Shown: one piece after another, positions 50,001 to 58,982 of the stretch
Layout: each line of letters starts with the position of its first letter
How positions within the stretch are numbered: position 1 is the first letter of the stretch
DNA from: an uncultured delta proteobacterium
GTDB lineage: Bacteria; Myxococcota_A; Polyangia; Polyangiales; Polyangiaceae
Direction of reading: 5' to 3'
DNA length: 64,000 nucleotides
Assembly (NCBI GenBank): GCA_963696385.1
Contig: CAVOKF010000005.1
Span: 1,440,001 to 1,504,000 of the forward strand
Translations under genes and position numbers: made by a program
The notes under the pieces: model-generated
Told to the model about the DNA's origin: nothing
What the model saw: only the letters and a program-made list of their open reading frames with translations
Database searches by the model: none

Positions 50001-50394
50001 GAGCCAGATCACGCCGTGGGTCGGATTTTGCCTTGACGCCCCATCGACGAAAGACCCCACGCACTCCGTCGCCTTCGGCCGCGTACTCGATCGACGCAGC
50101 CACGGTGAAGGCGATGAGCCACGCGCTGCTCGATGCCTACGACCGCGCCGATGAGGACATTGTCGCGGCGGCGCTCGGACCGGCCTTCGTTCTGTTCGAT
50201 GAGCGTCGACAGCACGTCGACTTCGCCTGCGAACCCCCGTTCGAACGTGGCACTCTGGGCGACCGCCGGATGCAGGACCTTCATGGCGGCGCGCATGTGG
50301 TGACCCTTGCGCACCTCGAGGACGATCCCCCGCGCGCGCGCTTGAATCGATCGGCACCGAGCTACTACGACGACAGCCGCATCAAGGAGCCACC

Positions 50395-50655
50395 ATGACC
50401 ACCCATTCGAAGAAAAACGCGCTCACCCGAGAGGCCCTCCTCGCCCTGCTCACCGACGCCGAGGTGGCGAAGGTCAGTGTGGCCGAGGATGCACCGCGTC
50501 TCATTGAGGGCGACGAGTACGTCGACCTGGCGGACCCCGCCGCGGGTGTGCAGCAGATGCAGGCGACGCCGCGAACTCCGCCGGGCGACGCCCTTCCGCG
50601 GAGCGCCGTATCGGACGCGACCTGGGCGAAGATCGTTCGAGTCGTGGCGAGCTGA
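50395..50655 (+). CDS. Small hypothetical protein
   Basis: AAGGAG RBS; LLTDAEVAKVS...LIEGDEYVDL...LPRSAVSDATWAKI, protein-like composition. Confidence 0.7.
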   Translation: MTTHSKKNALTREALLALLTDAEVAKVSVAEDAPRLIEGDEYVDLADPAAGVQQMQATPRTPPGDALPRSAVSDATWAKIVRVVAS

Positions 50656-50868
50656 AGGTCAGCGCCCTCCCGACCGCGTCATCTGCACGGAGCTCGTGAC
50701 GTCACGGCGACGCGCCGCGTGCACCGTTCACAGCGGCATCCTTCGATGCGTCCGAAGGTCTGCGCTTGAGTGCTCCGGCGTGTCCGGACGGACGGCGAAC
50801 GAGCCCCGCGGAAACGCGCTCCGCGGGGCGTGGCTAGGAGGTGGACGATGTCGGCGCGCGGATGGCGC

Positions 50869-51224
50869 TCAGGGTCGACAACGCGGGCGTGTGTGGGAAT
50901 GCGACGCGCTTGCGCACGCGACGGATGCATCACGACCCGGTGCATCACGAACAGACGGCGCGGTCGTGCTGTCCGACGCGACGTTCACGGGGCTTTGCAC
51001 GTTCGCGTGGGCGGGCTCGACCCGCCGGCGTCTGCCGCGTGAGGCCTTGGCGGCGACGCTCTTGAAGTGACTGAGATGGTTGCGCAGCGTCGACGGAGTC
51101 ACGTGCAGTCCCTTCTCCGCGAGCATCGCCGCGATGTCGCTCCACTCGTACCCTTCGATCGCATCGCGTGGAGTTCGGACGCCATCATCTCAATCGCTCG
51201 AATGCGGCTCCGGTGGCTCCGCAA
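50869..51224 (-). pseudogene. Frameshifted MobC-like (mobilisation accessory) remnant
   Basis: RIRAIEMMASELHAMRSK then, after a 1-nt shift at the CCC run 51151-51153, GYEWSDIAAMLAEKGLHVTPSTLRNHL. Confidence 0.5.
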
Positions 51225-51248
51225 GCTGTAATCGTCTGAAATCGGCGC

Positions 51249-52742
51249 ATGTTTTGGAAGCGGCTAGTTATAGGTTCAATGGTTCGGAACCCAGCGCGGG
51301 CGGTGCGCTCCGCAGTCTCCGGCCGGTCACCGGTTGGGGAAGAATGCGCGCGTCGGAGGCGTGGCTGGCGCTCGGGAGCTCGGTCGGCGTGCGCGATCGC
51401 GGTCGCCTTCATCCCGCTTCTTGCGTCGCTTGGCGCGTGCGACGTAACGCTTTCCGCCACGGCCTCGATCGGTCAGCCGTGCCAGATCGACGAAGATTGT
51501 CCGCCGGGCCAGCGCTGCCTTGGCACTCCGAAAGGTACGCTGTGCGAGCTCGCAGACGCGGATGCTACCGTCGCGAACGACGGCGCACCGCAACCAGGAA
51601 GCGGATTCGCTGAGGGGGAGCCCCCGCTTGAAGTCGATGCGAGCGACGCAGACGTAACCGACCTCGGCGCTCAGGACGATGGCGAAGCCGATGCGAGTGG
51701 GGATGCGGCGAGTGACGCAGACGCAAGCGACGTCGAGGCTCAGGGCGAAGCCGATGCGAGTGGGGATGCGGCGAGTGACGCAGACGCAAGCGACATCGGC
51801 GCTCAGCACGATGGCGAAGCCGAGGCGAGTTGTATGACCCCGTTCCCCCCTTCCACCCTCGTCCTCTTCGGGGGACAGGGCAATCAATTCTTCGGCGACA
51901 CGTGGTCGTGGAACGGCGCGTCTTGGTCCCAAGTCGACGCGGGTGATGCGGTGAATCCGCCTCCGCGCCAAGCGGCGGCCATGGCGACGGCGTGCGGCTA
52001 CGCGGTTCTCGTGGGTGGAACGGGGCCTTTGCCGAACGACGGCGGCTCCCCCATCAAAGGTGACGCATGGCTGTGGAACGGCAGCCTATGGCAGCCGGCG
52101 GCGCCTCCTCCCACGGCTCGTTCCGCGGGCGCCGCCGCGACGCTCGGGTTCACGTTGTACCTCTTCGGCGGCGAGGGCCCAGGCGGGATCGACCCCACGG
52201 AGTCGGGACTCCTCACCTGGGACGGGATAGCCTGGTCGACCCCGCCCCAATCGAGCCCGTTGGGGCCGGCCCCGCGCGTATTCCCTGTCGTCGTTAGCGT
52301 CGAAGGCGGCCTGCTCGTTTTCGGCGGACAGGATGCTTATGGCGACGCCTTTCCCGACACTTGGCTGCTGAACGCCACGTCGTGGCAGGAGCTCGACGAC
52401 GGGGGCGCCGACTCTGGCCCGGCCTTGGGAGCGGCGGGCGCCACGAGCGTCGGAGGATCATCCGTCGTGATGTTCGGCGGGCTGGACGAGAACTACGATA
52501 CGCTGGGGGACACCTGGCTCTGGAATGGGGGGGCTTGGTCGAAGGTCCCGGCAGACGGCGGCCCTCCACCGCGCGCCTATCCCGCGATGGGAACCCTCAA
52601 CGGCCAGGTCGTCATGTTCGGCGGGCAGGACGAGAACTCCCATCCGCTGGGGGACACCTGGCTCTGGGACGGTGGAAGCTGGGTGCGCGGACCGGATGCG
52701 GGGCCGCTTCCCCGCACAGCCGCAGCGATGACGGCTTACTGA
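51249..52742 (+). CDS. Lipoprotein with acidic repeat linker and Kelch-like beta-propeller
   Basis: Lipobox LASLGAC; CQIDEDCPPGQRC; six LFGG...DTWxWNG-type blades; true start probably downstream of 51249. Confidence 0.82.
   Translation: MFWKRLVIGSMVRNPARAVRSAVSGRSPVGEECARRRRGWRSGARSACAIAVAFIPLLASLGACDVTLSATASIGQPCQIDEDCPPGQRCLGTPKGTLCELADADATVANDGAPQPGSGFAEGEPPLEVDASDADVTDLGAQDDGEADASGDAASDADASDVEAQGEADASGDAASDADASDIGAQHDGEAEASCMTPFPPSTLVLFGGQGNQFFGDTWSWNGASWSQVDAGDAVNPPPRQAAAMATACGYAVLVGGTGPLPNDGGSPIKGDAWLWNGSLWQPAAPPPTARSAGAAATLGFTLYLFGGEGPGGIDPTESGLLTWDGIAWSTPPQSSPLGPAPRVFPVVVSVEGGLLVFGGQDAYGDAFPDTWLLNATSWQELDDGGADSGPALGAAGATSVGGSSVVMFGGLDENYDTLGDTWLWNGGAWSKVPADGGPPPRAYPAMGTLNGQVVMFGGQDENSHPLGDTWLWDGGSWVRGPDAGPLPRTAAAMTAY
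51681..51830. repeat. In-frame 63/69-bp tandem repeat (GEADASGDAASDADASD)
   Basis: GGCGAAGCCGATGCGAGTGGGGATGCGGCGAGTGACGCAGACGCAAGCGAC at 51681 and 51744, partial at 51813. Confidence 0.88.
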
Positions 52743-52787
52743 CGTTCGAATCGACTAACACATACCGCAAAAAAAAAGGAAACGACA

Positions 52788-53177
52788 ATGCAAAATTACT
52801 CCGGTTCCGTAGCTGTTGGCACGAGATTGTATGTCGGCGACACTGTGACCTCACTAGACGGCCACTATGTCATGGAGATCGTGCCGACGGGTATCGTCCT
52901 TAACCTTAACGGACAAATCATCCAGTGGCTCCTATCTGGCTTCGTCACTCTAACGAGCGCAAGGCTCACGGCCGAGGCCTTGGTCATCTACGCTTCGGGC
53001 GGCCCCTACGCCATTTCTTTCAACGGATTTATGGCGGTCCAGCTCTGCGTCGAGGACACCGGGCAGGTCGATGTTTTCGACGTGAGCGGCAACGCTTACT
53101 GTCCGTTCAACAGCGACCAAGCGCTGCAGCAGAGCGGCTTTCCAGGCCCGAACGACTCGGGCGAAAAGGTCGCGTGA
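52788..53177 (+). CDS. Small beta-rich protein, degenerate bulb-type (B-)lectin-like
   Basis: AAGGA RBS; LYVGDTVTSLDGHYVMEI...LVIY...LCVEDTGQVDVFD resembles B-lectin repeats without intact QxDxNxVxY. Confidence 0.5.
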   Translation: MQNYSGSVAVGTRLYVGDTVTSLDGHYVMEIVPTGIVLNLNGQIIQWLLSGFVTLTSARLTAEALVIYASGGPYAISFNGFMAVQLCVEDTGQVDVFDVSGNAYCPFNSDQALQQSGFPGPNDSGEKVA

Positions 53178-53210
53178 CAAGGCCAGGGCAGGACCCGTCC
53201 GCGCAGGGTC

Positions 53211-54227
53211 TCACCAGTCGTGGTCCAGCCCTACGGCGGCTCCGCCTCCGAGCACCGGTCCAGCTGTCGGGATCCAGGCAGTCACGGCCTTGCGACTCGG
53301 GCGGAAAAAGACGGCGGTCACCGCGCCGGCAATTAGCGCCGCGCCGGCTACCGTAAACATCGTGTTCGCGACCCACCCGTCGGTCTTTGCCCTTGCAATC
53401 TCGGCGAGACCGGCAGCGTTGTATCCCGCGCGGGCGGAGTTCCGACTCGCGGCATTTCTATTGGACTGATACGCAAGGCCGAACCCTCCCCCAACGGATG
53501 CCGCGCCGATGGCGGTTGCGCCAGCTGCCCATAAGGCGACCGTCCACGAGGAGCCCTCGCTGCTATTCAACGGAGCTTTTCCGGTCGCGGTGGACGTCGT
53601 CGCGACGCTGAAGAGCGGCGGCGAAGAGGAGCCCCTGCTGCTATTCAAGGGAGCTCCTCCGGTCGCGGTCGGTTCGAGCTCCGGAACGAGCAGGTTCGGC
53701 TCCACTCCGGCGGCCACCACGAATTCGTGGCTCCAGGTCTGGTATCCGTCGGCTACCGCCATGAGCTCGTGCGTCCCCGGGTCGAGGGGAACTGGTAGCC
53801 CCCACACAGTTCGCGGCAGCGGCGTGCGATCGATCGCTACCATGACAAGGTCGCGTGCTGCTTGCGGCGCTACAGTGACGGTCGCGTGGACGAGATCTCT
53901 CTGCAGTGCGTTGGCCCGGGCGATGGCGGCCTCCTGCCGTGCGTGCTGACCCTTCGCCGCGGCGGCGGCGGCCGCTTCGATCCACATGGACCACGCGGTC
54001 GCGGTGCGTCCCATGCGCTCGTAGCAGTAAGCCAAATTCAATACAGTGCCGACCTGTGGATTGAGGATCTCGCTTTCGCTGAGCTCGGCCGAGGCGGTTA
54101 GGAAGTCACCGTCGGTCATGTGCTGCTTAGCCGATGTGAAGAGAGCGGCTGACCGCTCACGATCGGAAGGGGTAACGGCCCACGCCGCGTGCGCTTGCGC
54201 AACCGATCCGATGGCGACCAGGTACAT
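53211..54227 (-). CDS. Exported TPR plus PEGA-like membrane protein
   Basis: Signal peptide; GTVLNLAYCYERMGRTATAW (TPR); PVPLDPGTHEL; C-terminal TM helices; start uncertain. Confidence 0.8.
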   Translation of the reverse strand: MYLVAIGSVAQAHAAWAVTPSDRERSAALFTSAKQHMTDGDFLTASAELSESEILNPQVGTVLNLAYCYERMGRTATAWSMWIEAAAAAAAKGQHARQEAAIARANALQRDLVHATVTVAPQAARDLVMVAIDRTPLPRTVWGLPVPLDPGTHELMAVADGYQTWSHEFVVAAGVEPNLLVPELEPTATGGAPLNSSRGSSSPPLFSVATTSTATGKAPLNSSEGSSWTVALWAAGATAIGAASVGGGFGLAYQSNRNAASRNSARAGYNAAGLAEIARAKTDGWVANTMFTVAGAALIAGAVTAVFFRPSRKAVTAWIPTAGPVLGGGAAVGLDHDW

Positions 54228-54335
54228 CGCGAGCTTTGTCACCGGGATGATCCGCTCCTTTCTCGGCGGAGCATATCCGAACGTGGTGACGGGCGGCGCG
54301 GCGTCCTCGACGCGAATGGATCTCATAGGCTGAAA

Positions 54336-55259
54336 TCAACGCCGCGAGACTGTCACGCGGCCATTGCCGATCCGCAGCTGACCAGGCCTGCGCTCGACGA
54401 TGTTTGGGCCATCGACGACGCCGCTGTCGATGAACTGCTGGCGAATCCGAAACACCTCCACGTTGACCTGACTGCGCGTGACGCTCGAGTTTCGGCAAAG
54501 GGTTTCGAGATCGACCCAGCCGGCGGCGGTCTCCGGGACCGCGTTGCGGTCATCGGCAAGGCGCCTCCGCGCCAGGGTGAGGAGTAGATAGTGGTGGGCG
54601 CGCTCGCCCAGATCGAAGACACAACGGTCGCCGCGGGCGCGAATTTCGACGTGCTCCTCGTCGAGCGACACGCTGAACTCGAGAGTAAGGTTCCGAAGCG
54701 AAACCTTGTTCGGAACTGAGTCGGCACGGGTCGTGGCCCGAACGCTCGTGGGACAGGAGAATCGCCACGCGCGGCCACCGCAGCGAAACACACGAAGGTT
54801 GCTCAACGGGAGGGGGAGCGCGTCCCCCTCCTCGAGCATCCACGAATTCCCGGGGCCGCGGTAGATCATCGCCTTGGGGTCCTCGGCTGACGGAAGAGCC
54901 AAGAGGTCGCCCTCGATAAGCACGGGCGGGTCGCTCTCGTCGATGGGGACAACCATGACGGCCGGCGGGGAGTCCTCGAACAACTCCCACGCCGAGCCTT
55001 GGCTACCGAAGGCGATCCGCGCCCCCTTTCCCAGTCGCTGCTCGAGGCCTGCGGGGATGCGGCGGTCGTTCAGCCAGGTGCCGTTCAAGCTCGCCAGGTC
55101 GCGAAGCAACCACGCTTCCCCGTCGTACCGTAGGAGCGCGTGTTGGGCGGACACGTAATCGCTCTCGAGATGCAGTGAACAGGTCTGCGCCCGACCGATG
55201 CTGTGCTCGGGTTCGAGGGGGACCGTTCGCTCCGTCGTAATCTCCCGTAAGAAGGCCAT
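54336..55259 (-). CDS. FHA-domain protein with putative C-terminal winged-helix DNA-binding domain
   Basis: SIGR, VSAQHA and DLASLNGTWLN (FHA); C-terminal VNVEVFRIRQQF...IVERRPG. Confidence 0.85.
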   Translation of the reverse strand: MAFLREITTERTVPLEPEHSIGRAQTCSLHLESDYVSAQHALLRYDGEAWLLRDLASLNGTWLNDRRIPAGLEQRLGKGARIAFGSQGSAWELFEDSPPAVMVVPIDESDPPVLIEGDLLALPSAEDPKAMIYRGPGNSWMLEEGDALPLPLSNLRVFRCGGRAWRFSCPTSVRATTRADSVPNKVSLRNLTLEFSVSLDEEHVEIRARGDRCVFDLGERAHHYLLLTLARRRLADDRNAVPETAAGWVDLETLCRNSSVTRSQVNVEVFRIRQQFIDSGVVDGPNIVERRPGQLRIGNGRVTVSRR

Positions 55260-55296
55260 TCGCAAATCCCGGTCAATAGGTTGGTCGTGCGCTCGG

Positions 55297-56733
55297 TTAC
55301 TCCTGGGTTTGAAGGAGGGACTCCAGCGAAGACTCCGCCGCAGAAGTGGATGGCGCGGGGACCGAGTCAACCGTTGGAGATGCGGCAAGCGTGAAGCGGC
55401 TCCTGAGCGGACGCGTTGTGGGATCAGCCTCGCGTCCGGCTCTAGATGCCACCGGGGCTCGCTTGTCCACGTCGATAGTTCGTACCGCCGGGCCCGCTTC
55501 GTCCGCCGACGATCGGTCGCTGGAGCCGGCACCGCCATCGGCACTCGCGGGAGGGACTCGCTGCGCGAAGACCTGCGGTGCGGCGGACGCCTGGATCGCG
55601 GGAGCGGCGACTGCAGTTGCGACCGCGCCGCTTGTTGGCGCCGGCCAGTGCGCTCTTGCTCGGTGAGTCCCGACCCAGACTGCCAGCGCGAGGACGGCAG
55701 CGCCGGCGAGCACCATCCGACTGGCGTGCGCCATGTGATGCGGTACGGATGCACTGACCGTCAAGGGCCCGGGCGCACCGGAGACGCGCGTCGACCCCAT
55801 TCGATTCGAAGCGAATGGCATCAGCGCTCGCACGAGTTCGGAAACGCTGGCGAAACGGAGCTGCCTTTCGAACTGCAGGCACCTGGAGAGAACGGCCTCC
55901 AGCCCCGCAGGCAGGTCCGGCCAACGGTCTCGCACGCAGAGTGCCTGCTGGGATTTCATCTCGGAGTAAAGCTCCACGATCGACTGGCCACGGAACGGAA
56001 GCTCTCCGGTCACGAGCTCATAGAGCGTCACCCCCAGCGACCAGATGTCGGTGCGGACGTCGATGTCGTGTGCCATCTGCATCTGCTCCGGCGACATGTA
56101 ACAAGGAGAGCCGATGGGACCGCCGGACGTGCTCATGCCGGCCGGCCTTTCGGTACCGATGGGCAGCGTCGAGGACAAGGCCGCTTTGGCCTTCGAGACC
56201 CCGAAATCGAGCACCTTGATCGTTTCCGTTCCGGTAGAGCCGCGGACGACGAAGAGGTTCGCGGGTTTCAGATCGCGGTGGATGATCCCCTGCCCGTGCG
56301 CCTCGGCGAGGCCGTCGCAGGCCTGAAGGACGAAATCCACCGCGAGATTGAAAGGAAGGCGTCCCCCGGCGCGCAATCGCGCTGCCAAATCGGCCCCCTC
56401 GAGGTACTCAAGCTCGATGTAGGCCGTGCCGCTCGATAGGCAAGCAACGTCGTAAACCCGCACGACGTGTGGATGAGCTAACTTGGCGGGTACGCGCGCC
56501 TCCAGCTTGAACCGCGCCAGTGCATCGGGATGGCCGAGCGCCGAGGCCACGAGAAATTTCAGAGCGACCGTCCGGTCCAGATTGAGGTGGCGTGCGGCCA
56601 CCACGACGCCCATCGCACCGGCCCCGATCACCCGCAGGATCTCGTACTTGCCGGCGACAACGTCGCCTATCTGCAGTCCATTAGGTAACGCGACCACGAC
56701 TTGCACCACACAGCGAGAGAACGCCGATGTCAA
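55297..56733 (-). CDS. Membrane Ser/Thr protein kinase
   Basis: GAGAMGVV, VALK, HRDLKPANLF, DFGVSK, YMSPEQ and DIWSLG; start uncertain. Confidence 0.93.
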   Translation of the reverse strand: MTSAFSRCVVQVVVALPNGLQIGDVVAGKYEILRVIGAGAMGVVVAARHLNLDRTVALKFLVASALGHPDALARFKLEARVPAKLAHPHVVRVYDVACLSSGTAYIELEYLEGADLAARLRAGGRLPFNLAVDFVLQACDGLAEAHGQGIIHRDLKPANLFVVRGSTGTETIKVLDFGVSKAKAALSSTLPIGTERPAGMSTSGGPIGSPCYMSPEQMQMAHDIDVRTDIWSLGVTLYELVTGELPFRGQSIVELYSEMKSQQALCVRDRWPDLPAGLEAVLSRCLQFERQLRFASVSELVRALMPFASNRMGSTRVSGAPGPLTVSASVPHHMAHASRMVLAGAAVLALAVWVGTHRARAHWPAPTSGAVATAVAAPAIQASAAPQVFAQRVPPASADGGAGSSDRSSADEAGPAVRTIDVDKRAPVASRAGREADPTTRPLRSRFTLAASPTVDSVPAPSTSAAESSLESLLQTQE

Positions 56734-56742
56734 GGTGTGGGG

Positions 56743-57075
56743 TTACTCCCCAAGGTGGGCGCATCTCGATTGGCGATTCCAGCGCAAAGGACAGCGAAGG
56801 TCGTGGAGCCGCCGGTTGGCCCGTCCGCTTTGGCGGCAAGGCTTTCGCCCGGCTTTCGGTCGTCGTTCAGGCCGTCGACGAGCGATTCGCGCGCGCACGC
56901 GCCCGAGGGGCGCGACTAATAGTCTGAAAAACCGCCGGTTTCTCATGGCGTCGTGGACAGCGGCGGGAGTCGGAACGAGGTGCTGGACACGGGGATTCAC
57001 ACGCACAAGCTCGCGGAAGGACTCGAGCAGGCCTTCGGTATCTTCGAGCCGGAGATCGCGAATCTCGAGCGACAT
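56743..57075 (-). pseudogene. Possible GNAT-like N-terminal fragment
   Basis: MSLEIRDLRLEDTEGLLE start is GNAT-like; degenerates into Arg-rich sequence. Confidence 0.25.
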
Positions 57076-57118
57076 ACTATCGAGGCCGCTCGGGTTGGAC
57101 TTGTCGCTCGAGGGCATC

Positions 57119-57379
57119 CTACGCGACACGCGTGCGCGGCGGGAACGCTCGCCCGTCATTCCCTGACGCATGCCGAAGTTCGACCTGTCGCGACGCGCGC
57201 CAGGCCGCCTCATTGGCTTGCGCGGCAAGCGCACCCGGGTTGGCCTCGAGGATCCGACGCGTCGCTTCGTCAGGATTGAAAAAGTCCGCGCCCGCGGCAA
57301 TGGCCATTTCGCCGAGCACGCTGCTCTTGCCCGCTCCGTTGGTTCCTGCGAGGACGTAGATGCAGGCCCTTTCAGGCAT
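57119..57379 (-). pseudogene. Truncated zeta-toxin-like P-loop kinase/ATPase
   Basis: IYVLAGTNGAGKSS and FFNPDE...ANEAAW, then similarity ends; no FETT-type motif in any frame downstream. Confidence 0.8.
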
Positions 57380-57383
57380 GCTT

Positions 57384-57578
57384 CTATCGTGCGGCTACGC
57401 CCGCCACAGCCGCGGCTCCGAATTCCTCGGGCGTGGCCTCAAACGCCTTCTTCATTCCCGCCCGCGCCCGGGGGGTCTGCATCCGGACGAACATGGTGTC
57501 GAAATCGGCGCTCAACGTGTCGAGCGTGCGCGTGCGTCGAGCAAAAAACGCTCGGAAATCGTCAAACGAGATCAGGAC
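57384..57578 (-). pseudogene. Phd/YefM-type antitoxin, 3' half (split by the IS21 element)
   Basis: VLISFDDF...LDTLSADFDTMFVRMQTP...AFEATPEE; joins in frame to 62066-62240 across the target duplication. Confidence 0.85.
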
Positions 57579-57675
57579 CTTCAGCGGCGCCTTTAGAGTG
57601 ATCCACTTCTGGCGACCGAAGTGATCCACCCGTCGCCGGGGTCGGGGTGGCGGCAGCGGCGGGATCGTGACCCAC
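57579..57675. repeat. Left end of the IS21 element: terminal IR plus three transposase-binding repeats
   Basis: GTGATCCAC at 57598 and 57621 (23-bp period); GTGACCCAC at 57667. Confidence 0.88.
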
Positions 57676-57813
57676 CCCTTGCTATCGGAAAGGGCGCGCG
57701 TCAGGGCCAGTGGCTCACCCCGAGGTGCTCGGCCGGGCGAAGGGGGGAACCGCCAAGACGCCGGTAGGACTCGCGAGCGCTCGGGCTCGCGGCTCAGCGT
57801 GGGAGTCCGGCTA

Positions 57814-58128
57814 TCAGAAGGAGTTGTCGTCCGTGGGATCGTGCGCGGGTGGCATTGCCGCTTCGCGGACGGCGTGGCGGTAGCGCCAGAGCGTTTCGCG
57901 CAAGGTGGCGGCCCTGCGGCAGATCGTGTGGGCGAGGAAGACGACAGGGCCTTGGTCGCGTGGCCTATGGAAGTCGTCGATGAGCGTCTGGTGCTCGGCC
58001 AAGAGCGCGTCGGCAGCGAGGTCGAGCGCGTGTTCGAGCAGAATGATGGAGGCGAGCTCCGGCGCGACGACGAGGTCCGGGACGCGGGGCGGAGGCGGAG
58101 CGGGTGGAACGCGGCGCGGGCGCCTCAC
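57814..58128 (-). CDS. Small accessory protein of the IS21 element (104 aa)
   Basis: GTG start overlaps the istB stop (GTGA); helical APELASIILLEHALDLAADALLAEH. Confidence 0.65.
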   Translation of the reverse strand: MRRPRRVPPAPPPPRVPDLVVAPELASIILLEHALDLAADALLAEHQTLIDDFHRPRDQGPVVFLAHTICRRAATLRETLWRYRHAVREAAMPPAHDPTDDNSF

Positions 58129-58982
58129 GGCGCCGTCGCCCGAGTGGGTGCGACCGGCTTGCCGGCACGCTCGGCAGCGACGTGCTGGCGGTAGCTCGGT
58201 CCGTCGATGTCGATACGAATGGCATGCATGGCGAGCCGATCGAGAATGGCGGCGGCGACGGTCGCGTCTCCCAGGTAGCGTCCCCACTGGCGCAAATCGA
58301 TATTGGAGGTGACCGCGGTCGAGAGCTTGCCGTGCCTGCGATCGACGAGGTTGAACAGAGTATGGGCGGCGGTGGGCTCGTCGTCGCGCTGGCGCCCCAG
58401 GCCGACGTCGTCGATGACGAGCAGGTCGGGTCGTGCCCAGGCCTTCAGGCGTCGGGGGTAGGTGCCGTCGGCGAGGCCGGCGTGCAGGTCGGCGAGCAGG
58501 TCGACGCACCGCGCGTAGCGCAGGGAGATGCCCTGCACGCAGGCGCGCAGGGAGAGAGCCTTGAGGATGTGACTCTTGCCGGTGCCGCTCTTTCCCGTGA
58601 TGACCAGGTCGTCGTGGCGCCTGACGAAGTCGAGGCGGGCGAGCTCCAGCACGAGGCTCTTGTCGATCGAGGGTTGGAAGTCCCAGTCGAAGGCCTCGAG
58701 TGTCTTTCGCTCGACCAGGCCGCTGACCCGGATACGCCGGTCCAGGCGTGCGGCCGACTTGTGATCGACCTCAGCGGCCAGGACGTGCTCGAGCAGGGCG
58801 GTGTGTCCGGGTCGCTCGCGGGTGGCCCACGCGAGCCAGTCGTCGAGCGTGGAGAGCGTATGGGAGAGGCCCAAGTAGCCGAGGTGCCGGCGCAGGCGAT
58901 CGATCACCACGACGGCCTCGTCAGAGGCCGGGCCGGTCACCCGGTCATTGGAGTCTGGTTTATCCGTTTTGGTCTTGGCCAT
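58125..58982 (-). CDS. istB: IstB AAA+ ATPase (transposition helper)
   Basis: KTLEAFDWDFQP, GKSGTGKSH, LLVIDDVG, VTSN and AAILDRL; GGAG RBS. Confidence 0.95.
   Translation of the reverse strand: MAKTKTDKPDSNDRVTGPASDEAVVVIDRLRRHLGYLGLSHTLSTLDDWLAWATRERPGHTALLEHVLAAEVDHKSAARLDRRIRVSGLVERKTLEAFDWDFQPSIDKSLVLELARLDFVRRHDDLVITGKSGTGKSHILKALSLRACVQGISLRYARCVDLLADLHAGLADGTYPRRLKAWARPDLLVIDDVGLGRQRDDEPTAAHTLFNLVDRRHGKLSTAVTSNIDLRQWGRYLGDATVAAAILDRLAMHAIRIDIDGPSYRQHVAAERAGKPVAPTRATAP

Noticed and set aside
50691..50700. AGCTCGTGAC, a 10-nt match to the IS 16-bp repeat outside the element
   Set aside because: A single 10-mer match in 64 kb of GC-rich DNA is compatible with chance
53548..53669. Imperfect 78-bp-period duplication in the TPR/PEGA gene (APLNSS twice)
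   Set aside because: Ordinary in-frame linker duplication
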